Of a stretch of 64,000 nt of DNA, positions 38,501-50,300 are shown one piece after another. Every line of letters starts with the position of its first letter. Position 1 is the first letter of the stretch. The DNA is from Eledone cirrhosa (lineage: Eukaryota), in NCBI GenBank assembly GCA_964016885.1, contig OZ024746.1:52824001-52888000 (forward strand). The letters run 5' to 3'. Made by a program: the position numbers and the translations under genes. The notes under the pieces are model-generated. The model saw only the letters and a list, made by a program, of their open reading frames with translations, ran no database searches and was not told the DNA's origin.

Positions 38501-41500
38501 TTAGTGGCTGCTGAGATGGTAGTGTTGTTGTTGTTGTTATTGTAGTTAGTGGTTTCTGTGATGGTAGTGTTGTTGTTGTTGTTATTGTAGTTAGTGGTTT
38601 CTGTGATGGTAGTGTTGTTGTTGTTATTCTAGTTAGTGGTTGCTGTGATGGTAGTGTTGTTGTTGTTGTTATTGTAGTTAAAGTTTGCTGTGATGGTAGT
38701 ATTGTTGTTGTTATTCTAGTTAGTGGTTGCTGTGATGGTAGTGTTGTTGTTGTTGTTATTGTAGTTAGTGGTTTCTGTGATGGTAGTGTTGTTGTTGTTA
38801 TTGTAGTTAGTGGTTGCTGAGATGGTAGTGTTGTTGTTGTTGTTATTGTAGTTAGTGGTTGCTGAGATGGTAGTGTTGTTGTTGTTGTTATTGTAGTTAG
38901 AGTTTGCTGAGATGGTAGTATTGTTGTTGTTGTTATTGTAGTTAGTGGTTGCTGAGATGGTAGTGTTGTTGTTGTTGTTATTGTAGTTAGAGGTTGCTGA
39001 GATGGTAGTGTTGTTGTTGTTGTTATTGTAGTTAGAGGTTGCTGAGATGGTAGTGTTGTTGTTGTTGTTATTGTAGTTAGTGGTTGCTGTGATGGTAGTG
39101 TTGTTGTTGTTGTTATTGTAGTTAGTGATTTCTGTGATGGTAGTGTTGTTGTTGTTATTGTAGCTAGTGGTTGCTGAGATGGTAGTGTTGTTGTTGTTGT
39201 TATTGTAGTTAGTGGTTGCTGTGATGGTAGTGTTGTTGTTGTTATTGTAGTTAGAGGTTGCTGAGATGGTAGTGTTGTTGTTGTTATTGTAGTTAGTGGT
39301 TGCTGTGATGGTAGTGTTGTTGTTGTTATTGTAGTTAGTGTTTGCTGAGATGGTAGTGTTGTTGTTGTTGTTGTTGTTATTGTAGTTAGTGGTTTCTGTG
39401 ATGGTAGTGTTGTTGTTGTTATTGTAGTTAGTGGTTGCTGAGATGGTAGTGTTGTTGTTGTTGTTATTGTAGTTAGTGGTTTCTGTGATGGTAGTGTTGT
39501 TGTTGTTGTTATTGTAGTTAGAGGTTGCTGTGATGGTAGTGTTGTTGTTGTTATTGTAGTTAGTGGTTGCTGAGATAATAGTGTTGTTGTTGTTGTTATT
39601 GTAGTTAGTGTTTGCTGAGATGGTAGTGTTGTTGTTGTTATTGTAGCTAGTGGTTGCTGTGATGGTAGTGTTGTTGTTGTTATTGTAGTTAGTGGTTGCT
39701 ATGATGGTAGTGATGTTGTTGTTATTGTAGCTAGTGGTTGCTGTGTTGGTAGTGTTGTTGTTGTTATTGTAGTTAGTGGTTGCTATGCTGGTAGTGTTGT
39801 TGTTGTTATTGTAGCTAGTGGTTGCTGTGATGGTAGTGTTGTTGTTGTTATTGTAGTAAGAGGTTGTTATGATGGTAGTGTTGTTGTTGTTATTGTAGTT
39901 AGTGGTTTCTGTGATGGTAGTGTTGTTGTTGTTGTTATTGTAGTTAGTGGTTGCTGTGATGGTAGTGTTGTTGTTGTTATTGTAGTTAGTGGTTGCTGAG
40001 ATGGTAGTGTTGTTGTTGTTGTTATTGTAGTTAGTGATTGCTGAGATGGTAGTGTTGTTGTTGCTGTTATTGTAGTTAGTGGTTTCTGTGATGGTAGTGT
40101 TGTTGTTGTTGTTATTGTAGTTAGTGGTTTCTGTGATGGTAGTGTTGTTGTTGTTATTGTAGTTAGTGGTTGCTGTGATGGTAGTGTTGTTGTTGTTATT
40201 GTAGTTAGTGGTTGCTATGATGGTAGTGATGTTGTTGTTATTGTAGCTAGTGGTTGCTGTGTTGGTAGTGTTGTTGTTGTTATTGTAGTTAGTGGTTGCT
40301 ATGCTGGTAGTGTTGTTGTTGTTATTGTAGCTAGTGGTTGCTGTGATGGTAGTGTTTTTGTTGTTATTGTAGTTAGTGGTTGCTATGATGGTAGTGTTGT
40401 TGTTGTTATTGTAGTAAGAGGTTGTTATGATGGTAGTGTTGTTGTTGTTATTGTAGTTAGTGGTTGCTATGATGGTAGTGTTGTTGTTGTTATTGTAGCT
40501 AGTGGTTGCTGAGATGGTAGTGTTGTTGTTGTTGTTATTGTTGTTAGTGGTTGCTGAGATGGTAGTGTTGTTGTTGTTGTTATTGTAGTTAGTGGTTGCT
40601 GTGATGGTAGTGTTGTTGTTGTTATTGTAGTTAGAGGTTGCTGAGATGGTAGTGTTGTTGTTGTTATTGTAGTTAGTGGTTGCTGTGATGGTAGTGTTGT
40701 TGTTGTTATTGTAGTTAGTGTTTGCTGAGATGGTAGTGTTGTTGTTGTTGTTGTTGTTATTGTAGTTAGTGGTTTCTGTGATGGTAGTGTTGTTGTTGTT
40801 ATTGTAGTTAGTGGTTGCTGAGATGGTAGTGTTGTTGTTGTTGTTATTGTAGTTAGTGGTTTCTGTGATGGTAGTGTTGTTGTTGTTATTGTAGTTAGTG
40901 GTTGCTGAGATAATAGTGTTGTTGTTGTTGTTATTGTAGTTAGTGTTTGCTGAGATGGTAGTGTTGTTGTTGTTGTTATTGTAGTTAGTGGTTTCTGTGA
41001 TGGTAGTGTTGTTGTTGTTGTTATTGTAGTTAGTGTTTGCTGAGATGGTAGTGTTGTTGTTGTTGTTATTGTAGTTAGAGGTTGCTGTGATGGTAGTGTT
41101 GTTGTTGTTATTGTAGCTAGTGGTTGCTGAGATGGTAGTGTTGTTGTTGTTGTTATAGGTAGTTAGTGGCTGCTGAGATGGTAGTGTTGTTGTTGTTGTT
41201 ATTGTAGTTAGTGGTTTCTGTGATGGTAGTGTTGTTGTTGTTGTTATTGTAGTTAGTGGTTTCTGTGATGGTAGTGTTGTTGTTGTTATTCTAGTTAGTG
41301 GTTGCTGTGATGGTAGTGTTGTTGTTGTTGTTATTGTAGTTAAAGTTTGCTGTGATGGTAGTATTGTTGTTGTTATTCTAGTTAGTGGTTGCTGTGATGG
41401 TAGTGTTGTTGTTGTTGTTATTGTAGTTAGTGGTTTCTGTGATGGTAGTGTTGTTGTTGTTATTGTAGTTAGTGGTTGCTGAGATGGTAGTGTTGTTGTT

Positions 41501-44500
41501 GTTGTTATTGTAGTTAGTGGTTGCTGAGATGGTAGTGTTGTTGTTGTTGTTATTGTAGTTAGTGGTTGCTGTGATGGTAGTGTTGTTGTTGTTATTGTAG
41601 TTAGAGGTTGCTGAGATGGTAGTGTTGTTGTTGTTATTGTAGTTAGTGGTTGCTGTGATGGTAGTGTTGTTGTTGTTATTGTAGTTAGTGTTTGCTGAGA
41701 TGGTAGTGTTGTTGTTGTTGTTGTTGTTATTGTAGTTAGTGGTTTCTGTGATGGTAGTGTTGTTGTTGTTATTGTAGTTAGAGGTTGCTGTGATGGTAGT
41801 GTTGTTGTTGTTGTTATTGTAGTTAGTGGTTTCTGTGATGGTAGTGTTGTTGTTGTTATTGTAGTTAGTGGTTGCTGAGATAATAGTGTTGTTGTTGTTG
41901 TTATTGTAGTTAGTGTTTGCTGAGATGGTAGTGTTGTTGTTGTTGTTATTGTAGTTAGTGGTTTCTGTGATGGTAGTGTTGTTGTTGTTGTTATTGTAGT
42001 TAGTGTTTGCTGAGATGGTAGTGTTGTTGTTGTTGTTATTGTAGTTAGTGGTTGCTGTGATGGTAGTGTTGTTGTTGTTATTGTAGCTACTGGTTGCTGA
42101 GATGGTAGTGTTGTTGTTGTTGTTATAGGTAGTTAGTGGCTGCTGAGATGGTAGTGTTGTTGTTGTTGTTATTGTAGTTAGTGGTTTCTGTGATGGTAGT
42201 GTTGTTGTTGTTGTTATTGTAGTTAGTGGTTTCTGTGATGGTAGTGTTGTTGTTGTTATTCTAGTTAGTGGTTGCTGTGATGGTAGTGTTGTTGTTGTTG
42301 TTATTGTAGTTAAAGTTTGCTGTGATGGTAGTGTTGTTGTTGTTATTCTAGTTAGTGGTTGCTGTGATGGTAGTGTTGTTGTTGTTGTTATTGTAGTTAG
42401 TGGTTTCTGTGATGGTAGTGTTGTTGTTGTTATTGTAGTTAGTGGTTGCTGAGATGGTAGTGTTGTTGTTGTTGTTATTGTAGTTAGTGGTTGCTGAGAT
42501 GGTAGTGTTGTTGTTGTTGTTATTGTAGTTAGAGTTTGCTGAGATGGTAGTATTGTTGTTGTTGTTATTGTAGTTAGTGGTTGCTGAGATGGTAGTGTTG
42601 TTGTTGTTGTTATTGTAGTTAGTGGTTGCTGAGATGGTAGTGTTGTTGTTGTTGTTATTGTAGTTAGAGGTTGCTGAGATGGTAGTGTTGTTGTTGTTGT
42701 TATTGTAGTTAGAGTTTGCTGAGATGGTAGTATTGTTGTTGTTGTTATTGTAGTTAGTGGTTGCTGAGATGGTAGTGTTGTTGTTGTTGTTATTGTAGTT
42801 AGAGGTTGCTGAGATGGTAGTGTTGTTGTTGTTATTCTAGTTAGTGGTTGCTGTGATGGTAGTGTTGTTGTTGTTGTTATTGTAGTTAGTGATTTCTGTG
42901 ATGGTAGTGTTGTTGTTGTTATTGTAGTTAGATCTTGCTGAGATGGTAGTGTTGTTGTTGTTATTGTAGTTAGTGGTTTCTGTGATGGTAGTGTTGTTGT
43001 TGTTATTGTAGTTAGTGGTTGCTATGATGGTAGTGTTGTTGTTGTTATTGTAGTAAGAGGTTGTTATGATGGTAGTGTTGTTGTTGTTATTGTAGTTAGA
43101 TCTTGCTGAGATGGTAGTGTTGTTGTTGTTATTGTAGTTAGTGGTTTCTGTGATGGTAGTGTTGTTGTTGTTATTGTAGTTAGTGGTTGCTATGATGGTA
43201 GTGTTGTTGTTGTTATTGTAGTAAGAGGTTGTTATGATGGTAGTGTTGTTGTTGTTATTGTAGTTAGTGGTTGCTATGATGGTAGTGTTGTTGTTGTTAT
43301 TGTAGTAAGAGGTTGTTATGATGGTAGTGTTGTTGTTGTTATTGTAGTTAGATCTTGCTGAGATGGTAGTGTTGTTGTTGTTATTGTAGTCAGTGGTTGC
43401 TGAGATGGTAGTGTTGTTGTTGTTATTGTAGTTAGTGGTTGCTATGATGGTAGTGTTGTTGTTGTTATTGTAGTTAGTGGTTGCTATGATGGTAGTGTTG
43501 TTGTTGTTATTGTAGTTAGTGGTTGCTATGATGGTAGTGTTGTTGTTGTTATTGTAGTTAGTGGTTGCTATGATGGTAGTGTTGTTGTTGTTATTGTAGT
43601 TAGTGGTTGCTGAGATGGTAGTGTTGTTGTTGTTGTTATTGTTGTTAGTGGTTGCTGAGATGGTAGTGTTGTTGTTGTTGTTATTGTAGTTAGTGGTTGC
43701 TGTGATGGTAGTGTTGTTGTTGTTATTGTAGTTAGAGGTTGCTGAGATGGTAGTGTTGTTGTTGTTATTGTAGTTAGTGGTTGCTGTGATGGTAGTGTTG
43801 TTGTTGTTATTGTAGTTAGTGTTTGCTGAGATGGTAGTGTTGTTGTTGTTGTTGTTGTTATTGTAGTTAGTGGTTTCTGTGATGGTAGTGTTGTTGTTGT
43901 TATTGTAGTTAGTGGTTGCTGAGATGGTAGTGTTGTTGTTGTTGTTGTTATTGTAGTTAGTGGTTGCTGAGATGATAGTGTTGTTGTTGTTGTTATTGTA
44001 GTTAGTGTTTGCTGAGATGGTAGTGTTGTTGTTGTTGTTATTGTAGTTAGTGGTTTCTGTGATGGTAGTGTTGTTGTTGTTGTTATTGTAGTTAGTGTTT
44101 GCTGAGATGGTAGTGTTGTTGTTGTTGTTATTGTAGTTAGTGGTTGCTGTGATGGTAGTGTTGTTGTTGTTATTGTAGTTAGTGGTTGCTGAGATGGTAG
44201 TGTTGTTGTTGTTGTTATAGGTAGTTAGTGGCTGCTGAGATGGTAGTGTTGTTGTTGTTGTTATTGTAGTTAGTGGTTTCTGTGATGGTAGTGTTGTTGT
44301 TGTTGTTATTGTAGTTAGTGGTTTCTGTGATGGTAGTGTTGTTGTTGTTATTCTAGTTAGTGGTTGCTGTGATGGTAGTGTTGTTGTTGTTGTTATTGTA
44401 GTTAAAGTTTGCTGTGATGGTAGTATTGTTGTTGTTATTCTAGTTAGTGGTTGCTGTGATGGTAGTGTTGTTGTTGTTGTTATTGTAGTTAGTGGTTTCT

Positions 44501-45059
44501 GTGATGGTAGTGTTGTTGTTGTTATTGTAGTTAGTGGTTGCTGAGATGGTAGTGTTGTTGTTGTTGTTATTGTAGTTAGTGGTTGCTGAGATGGTAGTGT
44601 TGTTGTTGTTGTTATTGTAGTTAGTGGTTTCTGTGATGGTAGTGTTGTTGTTGTTATTGTAGTTAGTGGTTGCTGTGATGGTAGTGTTGTTGTTGTTGTT
44701 ATTGTAGTTAGTGGTTTCTGTGATGGTAGTGTTGTTGTTGTTATTGTAGTTAGTGGTTGCTGAGATGGTAGTGTTGTTGTTGTTGTTATTGTAGTTAGTG
44801 GTTGCTGAGATGGTAGTGTTGTTGTTGTTGTTATTGTAGTTAGTGGTTTCTGTGATGGTAGTGTTGTTGTTGTTGTTATTGTAGTTAGTGGTTGCTGTGA
44901 TGGTAGTGTTGTTGTTGTTATTGTAGTTAGTGGTTGCTGAGATGGTAGTGTTGTTGTTGTTGTTATTGTAGTTAGTGGTTTCTGTGATGGTAGTGTTGTT
45001 GTTGTTATTGTAGTTAGTGGTTGCTGTGATGGTAGTGTTGTTGTTGTTATTGTAGTTAG

Positions 45060-45560
45060 TGGTTGCTATGATGGTAGTGATGTTGTTGTTATTCTAGTTA
45101 GTGGTTTCTGTGATGGTAGTGTTGTTGTTGTGGTTATTGTAGTTAGTGGTTGCTGAGATGGTAGTGTTGTTGTTGTTGTTATTGTAGTTAGTGGTTTCTG
45201 TGATGGTAGTGATGTTGTTGTTATTCTAGTTAGTGGTTTCTGTGATGGTAGTGTTGTTGTTGTGGTTATTGTAGTTAGTGGTTGCTGAGATGGTAGTGTT
45301 GTTGTTGTTGTTATTGTAGTTAGTGGTTTCTGTGATGGTAGTGATGTTGTTGTTATTCTAGTTAGTGGTTTCTGTGATGGTAGTGTTGTTGTTGTGGTTA
45401 TTGTAGTTAGTGGTTGCTGAGATGGTAGTGTTGTTGTTGTTGTTATTGTAGTTAGTGGTTTCTGTGATGGTAGTGATGTTGTTGTTATTCTAGTTAGTGG
45501 TTTCTGTGATGGTAGTGTTGTTGTTGTGGTTATTGTAGTTAGTGGTTGCTGAGATGGTAG
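45060..45560 (+). repeat. Local trimer higher-order repeat, 132 bp x ~4
   Basis: TGGTTATT at 45131, 45263, 45395 and 45527, each preceded by a GTGATGTTG..TTCTAG monomer. Confidence 0.9.
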
Positions 45561-46882
45561 TGTTGTTGTTGTTATTGTAGCTAGTGGTTGCTGTGATGGT
45601 AGTGTTGTTGTTGTTATTGTAGTTAGTGGTTGCTATGATGGTAGTGATGTTGTTGTTATTGTAGCTAGTGGTTGCTGTGTTGGTAGTGTTGTTGTTGTTA
45701 TTGTAGTTAGTGGTTGCTATGCTGGTAGTGTTGTTGTTGTTATTGTAGCTAGTGGTTGCTGTGATGGTAGTGTTTTTGTTGTTATTGTAGTTAGTGGTTG
45801 CTATGATGGTAGTGTTGTTGTTGTTATTGTAGTAAGAGGTTGTTATGATGGTAGTGTTGTTGTTGTTATTGTAGTTAGTGGTTGCTATGATGGTAGTGTT
45901 GTTGTTGTTATTGTAGCTAGTGGTTGCTGAGATGGTAGTGTTGTTGTTGTTGTTATTGTTGTTAGTGGTTGCTGAGATGGTAGTGTTGTTGTTGTTGTTA
46001 TTGTAGTTAGTGGTTGCTGTGATGGTAGTGTTGTTGTTGTTATTGTAGTTAGAGGTTGCTGAGATGGTAGTGTTGTTGTTGTTATTGTAGTTAGTGGTTG
46101 CTGTGATGGTAGTGTTGTTGTTGTTATTGTAGTTAGTGTTTGCTGAGATGGTAGTGTTGTTGTTGTTGTTGTTGTTATTGTAGTTAGTGGTTTCTGTGAT
46201 GGTAGTGTTGTTGTTGTTATTGTAGTTAGTGGTTGCTGAGATGGTAGTGTTGTTGTTGTTGTTATTGTAGTTAGTGGTTTCTGTGATGGTAGTGTTGTTG
46301 TTGTTATTGTAGTTAGTGGTTGCTGAGATAATAGTGTTGTTGTTGTTGTTATTGTAGTTAGTGTTTGCTGAGATGGTAGTGTTGTTGTTGTTGTTATTGT
46401 AGTTAGTGGTTTCTGTGATGGTAGTGTTGTTGTTGTTGTTATTGTAGTTAGTGTTTGCTGAGATGGTAGTGTTGTTGTTGTTGTTATTGTAGTTAGTGGT
46501 TGCTGTGATGGTAGTGTTGTTGTTGTTATTGTAGCTAGTGGTTGCTGAGATGGTAGTGTTGTTGTTGTTGTTATAGGTAGTTAGTGGCTGCTGAGATGGT
46601 AGTGTTGTTGTTGTTGTTATTGTAGTTAGTGGTTTCTGTGATGGTAGTGTTGTTGTTGTTGTTATTGTAGTTAAAGTTTGCTGTGATGGTAGTGTTGTTG
46701 TTGTTATTCTAGTTAGTGGTTGCTGTGATGGTAGTGTTGTTGTTGTTGTTATTGTAGTTAAAGTTTGCTGTGATGGTAGTATTGTTGTTGTTATTCTAGT
46801 TAGTGGTTGCTGTGATGGTAGTGTTGTTGTTGTTGTTATTGTAGTTAGTGGTTTCTGTGATGGTAGTGTTGTTGTTGTTATT

Positions 46883-47332
46883 GTAGTTAGTGGTTGCTGA
46901 GATGGTAGTGTTGTTGTTGTTGTTATTGTAGTTAGTGGTTGCTGAGATGGTAGTGTTGTTGTTGTTGTTATTGTAGTTAGTGGTTGCTGAGATGGTAGTG
47001 TTGTTGTTGTTGTTATTGTAGTTAGTGGTTGCTGAGATGGTAGTGTTGTTGTTGTTGTTATTGTAGTTAGTGGTTGCTGAGATGGTAGTGTTGTTGTTGT
47101 TGTTATTGTAGTTAGTGGTTGCTGAGATGGTAGTGTTGTTGTTGTTGTTATTGTAGTTAGTGGTTGCTGAGATGGTAGTGTTGTTGTTGTTGTTATTGTA
47201 GTTAGTGGTTGCTGAGATGGTAGTGTTGTTGTTGTTGTTATTGTAGTTAGTGGTTGCTGAGATGGTAGTGTTGTTGTTGTTGTTATTGTAGTTAGTGGTT
47301 GCTGAGATGGTAGTGTTGTTGTTGTTGTTATT
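46883..47332 (+). repeat. Ten identical consensus 45-bp monomers
   Basis: Perfect 45-bp periodicity over 450 bp with no variant. Confidence 0.9.
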
Positions 47333-50300
47333 GTAGTTAGAGTTTGCTGAGATGGTAGTATTGTTGTTGTTGTTATTGTAGTTAGTGGTTGCTGAGATGG
47401 TAGTGTTGTTGTTGTTGTTATTGTAGTTAGAGGTTGCTGAGATGGTAGTGTTGTTGTTGTTGTTATTGTAGTTAGTGGTTGCTGTGATGGTAGTGTTGTT
47501 GTTGTTGTTATTGTAGTTAGATCTTGCTGAGATGGTAGTGTTGTTGTTGTTATTGTAGTTAGTGGTTGCTGTGATGGTAGTGTTGTTGTTGTTATTGTAG
47601 TTAGTGGTTGCTGAGATGGTAGTGTTGTTGTTGTTGTTATTGTAGTTAGTGGTTGCTGTGATGGTAGTGTTGTTGTTGTTATTGTAGTTAGAGGTTGCTG
47701 AGATGGTAGTGTTGTTGTTGTTATTGTAGTTAGTGGTTGCTGTGATGGTAGTGTTGTTGTTGTTATTGTAGTTAGTGTTTGCTGAGATGGTAGTGTTGTT
47801 GTTGTTGTTGTTGTTATTGTAGTTAGTGGTTTCTGTGATGGTAGTGTTGTTGTTGTTATTGTAGTTAGTGGTTGCTGAGATGGTAGTGTTGTTGTTGTTG
47901 TTATTGTAGTTAGTGGTTTCTGTGATGGTAGTGTTGTTGTTGTTATTGTAGTTAGTGGTTGCTGAGATAATAGTGTTGTTGTTGTTGTTATTGTAGTTAG
48001 TGTTTGCTGAGATGGTAGTGTTGTTGTTGTTGTTATTGTAGTTAGTGGTTTCTGTGATGGTAGTGTTGTTGTTGTTATTGTAGTTAGAGGTTGCTGAGAT
48101 GGTAGTGTTGTTGTTGTTGTTATTGTAGTTAGTGGTTTCTGTGATGGTAGTGTTGTTGTTGTTATTGTAGTTAGTGGTTGCTGAGATGGTAGTGTTGTTG
48201 TTGTTGTTATTGTAGTTAAAGTTTGCTGTGATGGTAGTATTGTTGTTGTTATTCTAGTTAGTGGTTGCTGTGATGGTAGTGTTGTTGTTGTTGTTATTGT
48301 AGTTAGTGGTTTCTGTGATGGTAGTGTTGTTGTTGTTATTGTAGTTAGTGGTTGCTGAGATGGTAGTGTTGTTGTTGTTGTTATTGTAGTTAGTGGTTGC
48401 TGTGATGGTAGTGTTGTTGTTGTTATTGTAGTTAGAGGTTGCTGAGATGGTAGTGTTGTTGTTGTTATTGTAGTTAGTGGTTGCTGTGATGGTAGTGTTG
48501 TTGTTGTTATTGTAGTTAGTGTTTGCTGAGATGGTAGTGTTGTTGTTGTTGTTGTTGTTATTGTAGTTAGTGGTTTCTGTGATGGTAGTGTTGTTGTTGT
48601 TATTGTAGTTAGAGGTTGCTGTGATGGTAGTGTTGTTGTTGTTGTTATTGTAGTTAGTGGTTTCTGTGATGGTAGTGTTGTTGTTGTTATTGTAGTTAGT
48701 GGTTGCTGAGATAATAGTGTTGTTGTTGTTGTTATTGTAGTTAGTGTTTGCTGAGATGGTAGTGTTGTTGTTGTTGTTATTGTAGCTAGTGGTTGCTGAG
48801 ATGAAAGTGTTGTTGTTGTTGTTGTAGGTAGTTAGTGGCTGCTGAGATGGTAGTGTTGTTGTTGTTGTTATTGTAGTTAGTGGTTTCTGTGATGGTAGTG
48901 TTGTTGTTGTTGTTATTGTAGTTAGTGGTTTCTGTGATGGTAGTGTTGTTGTTGTTATTCTAGTTAGTGGTTGCTGTGATGGTAGTGTTGTTGTTGTTGT
49001 TATTGTAGTTAGTGGTTTCTGTGATGGTAGTGTTGTTGTTGTTATTGTAGTTAGTGGTTGCTGAGATGGTAGTGTTGTTGTTGTTGTTATTGTAGTTAGT
49101 GGTTTCTGTGATGGTAGTGTTGTTGTTGTTATTGTAGTTAGTGGTTGCTGAGATGGTAGTGTTGTTGTTGTTGTTATTGTAGTTAGTGGTTTCTGTGATG
49201 GTAGTGTTGTTGTTGTTATTGTAGTTAGTGGTTGCTGAGATGGTAGTGTTGTTGTTGTTGTTATTGTAGTTAGTGGTTGCTGAGATGGTAGTGTTGTTGT
49301 TGTTGTTATTGTAGTTAGAGGTTGCTGAGATGGTAGTGTTGTTGTTGTTATTCTAGTTAGTGGTTGCTGTGATGGTAGTGTTGTTGTTGTTGTTATTGTA
49401 GTTAGTGATTTCTGTGATGGTAGTGTTGTTGTTGTTATTGTAGTTAGATCTTGCTGAGATGGTAGTGTTGTTGTTGTTATTGTAGTTAGTGGTTTCTGTG
49501 ATGGTAGTGTTGTTGTTGTTATTGTAGTTAGTGGTTGCTGAGATGGTAGTGTTGTTGTTGTTGTTATTGTAGTTAGAGGTTGCTGTGATGGTAGTGTTGT
49601 TGTTGTTGTTATTGTAGTTAGTGGTTTCTGTGATGGTAGTGTTGTTGTTGTTGTTATTGTAGTTAGTGGTTGCTGAGATAATAGTGTTGTTGTTGTTGTT
49701 ATTGTAGTTAGTGGTTGCTGAGATGATAGTGTTGTTGTTGTTGTTATTGTAGTTAGTGGTTGCTGAGATGGTAGTGTTGTTGTTGTTGTTATTGTAGTTA
49801 GTGGTTTTTGTGATAGTAGTGTTGTTGTTGTTGTTATTGTAGTTAGTGGTTGCTGTGATGGTAGTGTTGTTGTTGTTAATGTAGTTAGTGGTTGCTGAGA
49901 TGGTAGTGTTGTTGTTGTTGTTATTGTAGTTAGTGGTTGCAGAGATGGTAGTGTTGTTGTTGTTGTTATTGTAGTTAGTGGTTTCTGTGATGGTAGTGTT
50001 GTTGTTGTTGTTATTGTAGTTAGTGGTTGCTGTGATGGTAGTGTTGTTGTTGTTATTGTAGTTAGTGGTTGCTGAGATGGGAGTGTTGTTGTTGTTGTTA
50101 TTGTAGTTAGTGGTTGCTGAGATGGTAGTGTTGTTGTTGCTGTTATTGTAGTTACTGGTTTCTGTGATGGTAGTGTTGTTGTTGTTGTTATTGTAGTTAG
50201 TGGTTGTTGTGATAGTAGTGTTGTTGTTGTTATTCTAGTTAGTGGTTGCTGTGATGGTAGTGTTGTTGTTGTTGTTATTGTAGTTAGTGGTTTCTGTGAT

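Larger units (their letters stand above)
33450..48300 (+). repeat. Subfamily domain with irregular ~1-3-kb higher-order units
   Basis: TTAAAGTTTG (35577-48220) and GAGGTTGTTATG (33877-45850) were seen only here. ATAGGTAG lies at 35391, 38494, 41156, 42126, 44218 and 46574. Confidence 0.75.
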
